Shown here: in pieces, positions 59,360 through 64,000 of the stretch
Layout of the letters: every line of letters starts with the position of its first letter
Position numbering within the stretch: position 1 is the first letter of the stretch
Assembly (NCBI GenBank): GCA_963837465.1
Contig: CAWINB010000004.1
Coordinates: 266,853 to 330,852 of the forward strand
DNA: 64,000 nucleotides
From: Candidatus Doudnabacteria bacterium
Lineage (GTDB): Bacteria > Patescibacteriota > Doudnabacteria > UBA920
Reading direction: 5' to 3'
Made by a program: the position numbers and the translations under genes
Notes under the pieces: model-generated
The model's database searches: none
Seen by the model: the letters and a program-made list of their open reading frames with translations, nothing else
What the model was told of the DNA's origin: nothing

Positions 59360-59392
59360 AAAAACTTCCGCCTTTAGGGGCGGAAGTTTTTT
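59360..59392 (+). terminator. Intrinsic terminator after rpsP
   Basis: AAAAACTTCCGCC-TTTAGG-GGCGGAAGTTTTTT. Confidence 0.75.
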
Positions 59393-59393
59393 A

Positions 59394-59422
59394 TTGACAC
59401 GCATTTTTGCATCAATTATAAT
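59394..59422 (+). promoter_or_regulatory. Consensus sigma70 promoter for khpA
   Basis: TTGACA-17bp-TATAAT. Confidence 0.75.
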
Positions 59423-59552
59423 ATCCCTAAGATAGCACACGCTAGAAGTAAACCGCGTAAAAGAGACGGGGAGATAAATTCAGCTCCACTGATATATTCT
59501 CTAACGGGGTAAAGGTCGTAGCAGAATTACGCTATCCAGAAATTGCATTTAT

Positions 59553-59945
59553 ATGGAGCAAGATCAGACATTTGTGGAGTTTGTTGTAAAAGCGTTGGTT
59601 GACCATCCCGAGGATGTAAAAACCGAGCGCGTCGTGGATGAAATGGGAGTATTGATTACTCTTCACTTAAACCCCGAAGATATGGGCCAGGTTATTGGCC
59701 GTATGGGCCAGACTGCCAAAGCTATCCGCACTCTTTTAAGAGTCGTTGGCGCCAAGCACAAAGCCCGCGTCAACTTAAAAATTTACGAACCCGAAGGTTC
59801 CCACAGGGGACCGCGCCGCGAAGGCGGTATGGGAATGGGCCACGGGCCGAGCATGGGCCACCAGGGCGGCATGAACGGTTCCATGGGCGGCGGCCAAATG
59901 GGCCAAAGCGTGAGCGATGATTCCATTGACGAGTTTAAACTCTAG
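59553..59945 (+). CDS. khpA: KH-domain RNA-binding protein (YlqC/KhpA) with Gly/Met-rich tail
   Basis: VKALVDHPEDV, DMGQVIGRMGQTAKAIRTLL; position after rpsP. Confidence 0.9.
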   Translation: MEQDQTFVEFVVKALVDHPEDVKTERVVDEMGVLITLHLNPEDMGQVIGRMGQTAKAIRTLLRVVGAKHKARVNLKIYEPEGSHRGPRREGGMGMGHGPSMGHQGGMNGSMGGGQMGQSVSDDSIDEFKL

Positions 59946-60084
59946 GTTGCGGAAATACGCGGAATTTAACGCGGAAAGACGCTGAATCTAAAATAAATAA
60001 CCCTGCTCGCAAGCCACGTAAAATAAATCTACGTGGCAAGAGTGGGGTTATTTTGTTAAGATGTAATTGATAACGATAACGTGC

Positions 60085-60125
60085 CACAAGGGTTGCCCTT
60101 GTGTTGCACAAGGGCAACCCTTGTG
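60085..60125. repeat. REP-like doublet overlapping the trmD start
   Basis: CACAAGGGTTGCCCTTGTG-TTG-CACAAGGGCAACCCTTGTG (inverted pair). Confidence 0.85.
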
Positions 60126-60842
60126 AAGAAGAAATTGACCATAAAAATAATAACTTTATTTCCAAAATTCATAGAAAATTTTTTGGAAAATTTTGGCATT
60201 GTCAAAAGGGCGGTCGGTTTGGGGCTTTTGGATATCCGGCCGGTAAATTTAAGGAGTTTTGGTTTAGGCGATCGTCAAGTCGTGGATGACAGGCCTTATG
60301 GCGGGGGTGTGGGGATGGTATTACGTGCTGACGTATTGTTTAAAGCAATGCAAGGGGTAAGGGCTAAGGGGTTAGGGGTTAGAAAGAAACAGAAAGTGAT
60401 TTTGCTTACGCCGCAGGGAAAAAAGTTTGAGCAGAAAGACGCTCATAGGTTGGCAAAATATGACGAGTTAATTTTTGTCTGCGGCAGGTACGAAGGTTTT
60501 GACGAACGCATTAGGCAATTCGCGGACGAGGAAATTTCCATTGGCGATTATATTTTAATGGGCGGCGAACTGCCGGCTTTGGTAATAAGCGAAGCGGTTA
60601 TGCGGCTTAGGCCCGGAATTTTGGGCAAAGATGAATCGTCCGTGGCCGAATCTTTTTCGGAAAATTTGCTTGAGCACCCGCAGTATACAAAGCCGTATGA
60701 GTGGAAAGTAAAAAGTAAAAAGTTAAAAGTTCCCAAAGTTTTACTGACCGGACATCATAAAAATATAGAAGAATTTAGGAATAAAGAATCATATAAGCGC
60801 ACAAAAAAACGTCGGCCGGATTTAATTAAAAATCAAAAATAG
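60123..60842 (+). CDS. trmD: tRNA (guanine37-N1)-methyltransferase
   Basis: ITLFP, VDDRPYGGGVGM, CGRYEGFDER, SIGDYILMGGE, PQYT. Confidence 0.96.
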   Translation: MKKKLTIKIITLFPKFIENFLENFGIVKRAVGLGLLDIRPVNLRSFGLGDRQVVDDRPYGGGVGMVLRADVLFKAMQGVRAKGLGVRKKQKVILLTPQGKKFEQKDAHRLAKYDELIFVCGRYEGFDERIRQFADEEISIGDYILMGGELPALVISEAVMRLRPGILGKDESSVAESFSENLLEHPQYTKPYEWKVKSKKLKVPKVLLTGHHKNIEEFRNKESYKRTKKRRPDLIKNQK

Positions 60843-60845
60843 ATT

Positions 60846-61499
60846 ATGGACCAAACTCAGGACAGGGTGATATATTTAACTTTTGATGACGGGCCGCTTG
60901 AGCCCCACACTTCTAAAATTTTGGATATACTAAAGCAGTACAATGCCAAGGCTGCATTCTTTTTTTGCGGCAAAAATATTGAAAGAAACGCCGGAAGTGT
61001 AGCAAGGGTTGTTTCAGAGGGTCATTCCCTTGGTAACCATACGTACTCGCACGATTTTTGGAAAGTAATTACCGGAAACCTGCTTGGCGAAATTGAGCAG
61101 ACGGAACTGCTAATAAAAAATTATGCGAATATTACATCATTGCTTTACCGTTCTCCCTGGGGTATAACGCTTCCCCGTCTCAGGGCTAATTTATTGGCCG
61201 CAGGTTTTGCCGTTTGTTCCTGGAATATTACGGCTTTTGATTGGTGGCAACCATCCGCGGAATTTATAGCGAGGCACGTTATCGCGAGAGCTTTTCCCGG
61301 GGCCGTGGTGTTGCTCCATGACGGCAACAGAACATTGCCGGGGAACCGGGAAAATACCGTAAAAGCTTTGCCGGTTATTATTAAAGCCCTGCGGGAACAG
61401 GGATATATGTTTAAGCCTCTAAAGCCGGACTGGCATAATCAGCGTGTTTTTTTGAAGGATTTTCTGACAGATATTATCACTGTCTTTAAAAACTATTGA
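60846..61499 (+). CDS. Polysaccharide deacetylase (NodB/CE4)
   Basis: LTFDDGP, GNHTYSH, RSPWG, VLLHDG. Confidence 0.92.
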   Translation: MDQTQDRVIYLTFDDGPLEPHTSKILDILKQYNAKAAFFFCGKNIERNAGSVARVVSEGHSLGNHTYSHDFWKVITGNLLGEIEQTELLIKNYANITSLLYRSPWGITLPRLRANLLAAGFAVCSWNITAFDWWQPSAEFIARHVIARAFPGAVVLLHDGNRTLPGNRENTVKALPVIIKALREQGYMFKPLKPDWHNQRVFLKDFLTDIITVFKNY

Positions 61500-61511
61500 T
61501 TATCTAAAGGT

Positions 61512-62261
61512 ATGGAAATTAAAAAGTTATACTACTTCTCGATAATTGTTGCCGCCCTTAACGAAGAAAAATATATTGCGGATTGCATTTCAGCATTGAA
61601 GGGCCAAAATTATCGGGGTGAGTTTGATATAATTATTGTCGACAACGGCAGTAATGATAATACCCGCAAAATTGCCCAAAAATTGGGAGTAAGAGTTATC
61701 CCCGAACCTCAAAGAGGCGTCTCTTACGCTTTAATTACCGGTTGCCGCGAAGCAAAAGGGGAAATACTCGCTTTCACAGATGCCGATACCAGGCCACGGG
61801 CCGATTGGCTTTCTAAATTAAACGGGATTTTTAATTCCGGGGAAAATGTAGCAGGAGGCGGCGGAGGTCTTTTTTATTACGATGGCCCAAAATGGGCAAA
61901 TATTCTTTTTCAGGATTTTTTAATCAGGTTTTATGTTAAGTATTTTCAGAAACGACATCAAGGCCTGGCAGGGTGTAATATGGCAGTCCGCGCGGATGTC
62001 TACAAAAAAATAGGAGGGTTTGCTCCTGGATTTAATTGGGGTCAGGACTGGCAAATGGGGAAAAGAGTCAGCCGGTTGGGTAATGTTATTTTTGATCCGG
62101 ATATTGTAGTTAATACGTCTTTCCGCAGGTTTAACGGCCGATATAATAGCCCACTGTTAAAAAATATTTACGCGATTAAAGAATTTTTGGTAGCGGGGGT
62201 CAGGATGCTGCCTTTAATGTATTTGGGGGCAAAGCTTAAACCGCAAAAACCTGTGAGATAA
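61512..62261 (+). CDS. Glycosyltransferase family 2
   Basis: NEEKYI, VDNGSND, FTDAD, GCNMAVR. Confidence 0.92.
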   Translation: MEIKKLYYFSIIVAALNEEKYIADCISALKGQNYRGEFDIIIVDNGSNDNTRKIAQKLGVRVIPEPQRGVSYALITGCREAKGEILAFTDADTRPRADWLSKLNGIFNSGENVAGGGGGLFYYDGPKWANILFQDFLIRFYVKYFQKRHQGLAGCNMAVRADVYKKIGGFAPGFNWGQDWQMGKRVSRLGNVIFDPDIVVNTSFRRFNGRYNSPLLKNIYAIKEFLVAGVRMLPLMYLGAKLKPQKPVR

Positions 62262-62269
62262 ATAATTTT

Positions 62270-63319
62270 ATGCCTACACATGAATTCATCGTCGAAGCCT
62301 TAAAAACGCGCCTGGATAAATATCTCGCGGAGCAAATAAAAGATATTTCCAGGAGCCGGATTCAGCGCGACATAGAGGGTGGCCTTGTGGAGGTTAACGG
62401 GGAATTGATTACAGAAAGCAAATTTGTAGTCAGGCTGGATGACAAAATAGCTTACAGGCAATCGGCAGACAGCAATCGGCAGACAGGACTTAAGCCTACA
62501 GATACTCCGCTGAGGATTTTATACAATAACCACGGCCTGCTCATTGTAGACAAGCCAGCAGGATTAACGGTTCATCCGGGAGCCGGGTTTAAAGGGGAGA
62601 CTTTGGCCAGCGCGCTTTTGTATCATTTTTCCGCCGGAGGCGGATCCGCCTCCGGCGGAAAAAATATCCACTTAGTCGGCGAGGAGCACCGGCCGGGGAT
62701 TGTGCACAGGCTTGATAAAGATACCAGCGGCGTAATTTTGGTGGCCGCTACCCAGGAAATGTACGAACATTTAAAAAACGCTTTCGCGGAACGCAAAGTA
62801 AAAAAAGAATACATAGCCTTGGTTTCCGGCCGGGTGGAAAAGCCGCACGGGTTTATAGAAGCGCCCATTGGCAAAAGCAAAACAGATTTTAGGAAACAGA
62901 CTGCGAAAAATCCGGTGGAGGGCAAGGAGGCGGTAACTGAGTATAAAGTTCTGGAGTATTTAAATCAGAAAAATCGGAAAATCGGAGAATCGGAAAGCTC
63001 GGATCCGACTTCCGATGTATCTGATTTTTCCGATAAATCCGGTGTTGACACTTACACCCTAATTCTGGTAAAATTGCATACAGGCAGAACGCATCAAATT
63101 CGGGTGCATATGGCATTTATTGGACATCCGCTTATGGGCGACAGCTTATACGGCGGGAAAAGAGGTTTTTTAAAAAATCTTACAAGACAATTCCTGCACG
63201 CTAAAAAAATAGAAGTTCAGTTGCCGGACGATTCCTGGATAGAAGCAGAGTCAGAATTTCCGGATGATCTTAAAAAAGTTTTGATTGGGTTAAACAGTAA
63301 AGTTGTTAAACAATTATAA
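62270..63319 (+). CDS. rluD: RluA/RluD-family pseudouridine synthase with three repeat-derived insertions
   Basis: S4 domain RLDKYL, DKPAGLTVHP, HRLDKDTSG, TGRTHQIRVH. Confidence 0.92.
   Translation: MPTHEFIVEALKTRLDKYLAEQIKDISRSRIQRDIEGGLVEVNGELITESKFVVRLDDKIAYRQSADSNRQTGLKPTDTPLRILYNNHGLLIVDKPAGLTVHPGAGFKGETLASALLYHFSAGGGSASGGKNIHLVGEEHRPGIVHRLDKDTSGVILVAATQEMYEHLKNAFAERKVKKEYIALVSGRVEKPHGFIEAPIGKSKTDFRKQTAKNPVEGKEAVTEYKVLEYLNQKNRKIGESESSDPTSDVSDFSDKSGVDTYTLILVKLHTGRTHQIRVHMAFIGHPLMGDSLYGGKRGFLKNLTRQFLHAKKIEVQLPDDSWIEAESEFPDDLKKVLIGLNSKVVKQL
62626..62663. repeat. Palindromic element copy D, in frame inside rluD
   Basis: 30-bp core encodes SAGGGSASGG. Confidence 0.9.
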
Positions 63320-63384
63320 ATTAACAGAATTAGGAATTAGTCCGCCCAAGGCGGAATACTTCATAATTCATACTTCATGATTTC

Positions 63385-63771
63385 ATGCAAATTGTAAAAA
63401 ATGTCTCCGACAGCCAGTTAAAAACTCTGCCCAGCTTTAAACCGGGCGACACCGTTAAGGTCCACCAGCGGATTAAAGATTATATTGAAGACCAGAAGAC
63501 CAAAAAGGTAACCATAAAAGAACGCGTCCAGGTTTTTGAAGGTTTGGTGATTGCCCGCAAGGGCGGCAGCGGCGTTAACGGTACTTTTATGGTGCGCAAA
63601 ATTTCCTACGGCGTGGGCGTGGAGAGAATCTATCCGCTTCATTCCCCCAACATCGTCAAACTGGAAATCACCAAATCCCCTCAAGTCCGCCACGCCAAAC
63701 TTTACTACGTAAGGGACAGGCAGGACAATACGCCAAGAACCAGAAAAGAAAAAGTTGTAAAAAAGGCTTAA
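63385..63771 (+). CDS. rplS: 50S ribosomal protein L19
   Basis: [37 protein letters not shown]. Confidence 0.97.
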   Translation: MQIVKNVSDSQLKTLPSFKPGDTVKVHQRIKDYIEDQKTKKVTIKERVQVFEGLVIARKGGSGVNGTFMVRKISYGVGVERIYPLHSPNIVKLEITKSPQVRHAKLYYVRDRQDNTPRTRKEKVVKKA

Positions 63772-63780
63772 TCTCGATAA

Positions 63781-63808
63781 AAAAATTCCCCTCTGTAGGG
63801 GAGTTTTT
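63781..63808 (+). terminator. Intrinsic terminator after rplS
   Basis: AAAAATTCCCCT-CTGT-AGGGGAGTTTTT. Confidence 0.7.
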
Positions 63809-63811
63809 ATT

Positions 63812-64000
63812 TTGTCCGGTATCGATGAACTTTTTAGGATTTATTCCAAAAAGGCAGGCGTGGATATTAACCCTCATATGCTTAGGCATATGCTTGGCCG
63901 TGATATGGCGGAGAACGGAGCCAACGAGCACAACATTTCTAACGTACTTGGCCACTCGCGCTTGGACAGCTCCAGAATTTACACTATGTTGTTTGGCACG
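63812..64000 (+). pseudogene. C-terminal fragment of a tyrosine recombinase (runs off the window)
   Basis: NPHMLRH...LGHSRLDSSRIYT catalytic motifs; no N-terminal region upstream. Confidence 0.75.

Overview
Bacterial chromosomal segment with a gene set and style typical of a Patescibacteria/CPR organism (inference from TrmB regulators, a tandem VirB2/TrbC-like pilin array, a short SMC and short-repeat-laden intergenic DNA). Housekeeping genes include murA, rlmH, murF-alr-ddl, rnhB, ftsK, recA, lspA, comM, galU, ftsH, rnc, smc and rpsP-khpA-trmD...rluD-rplS. There are seven tRNA genes, two toxin-antitoxin pairs and several decayed fragments. Highlights: (1) a ~4.75-kb element integrated at tRNA-Ala(GGC), carrying a large serine recombinase, a Prim-Pol/AAA replicase and a HEPN-like gene, whose attachment site lies inside the recombinase gene (excision would swap its C-terminus) and whose recombinase operon has a P4-CI/P1-C4-like antisense/attenuator leader; (2) a ~430-nt highly structured, apparently stand-alone non-coding transcript with its own promoter, a boxA and a pseudoknot; (3) a 165-bp element present twice; (4) several families of palindromes and 7-10-nt repeat arrays that have invaded protein-coding genes in frame. 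All calls come from reading the sequence by eye; no searches or folding programs were run.
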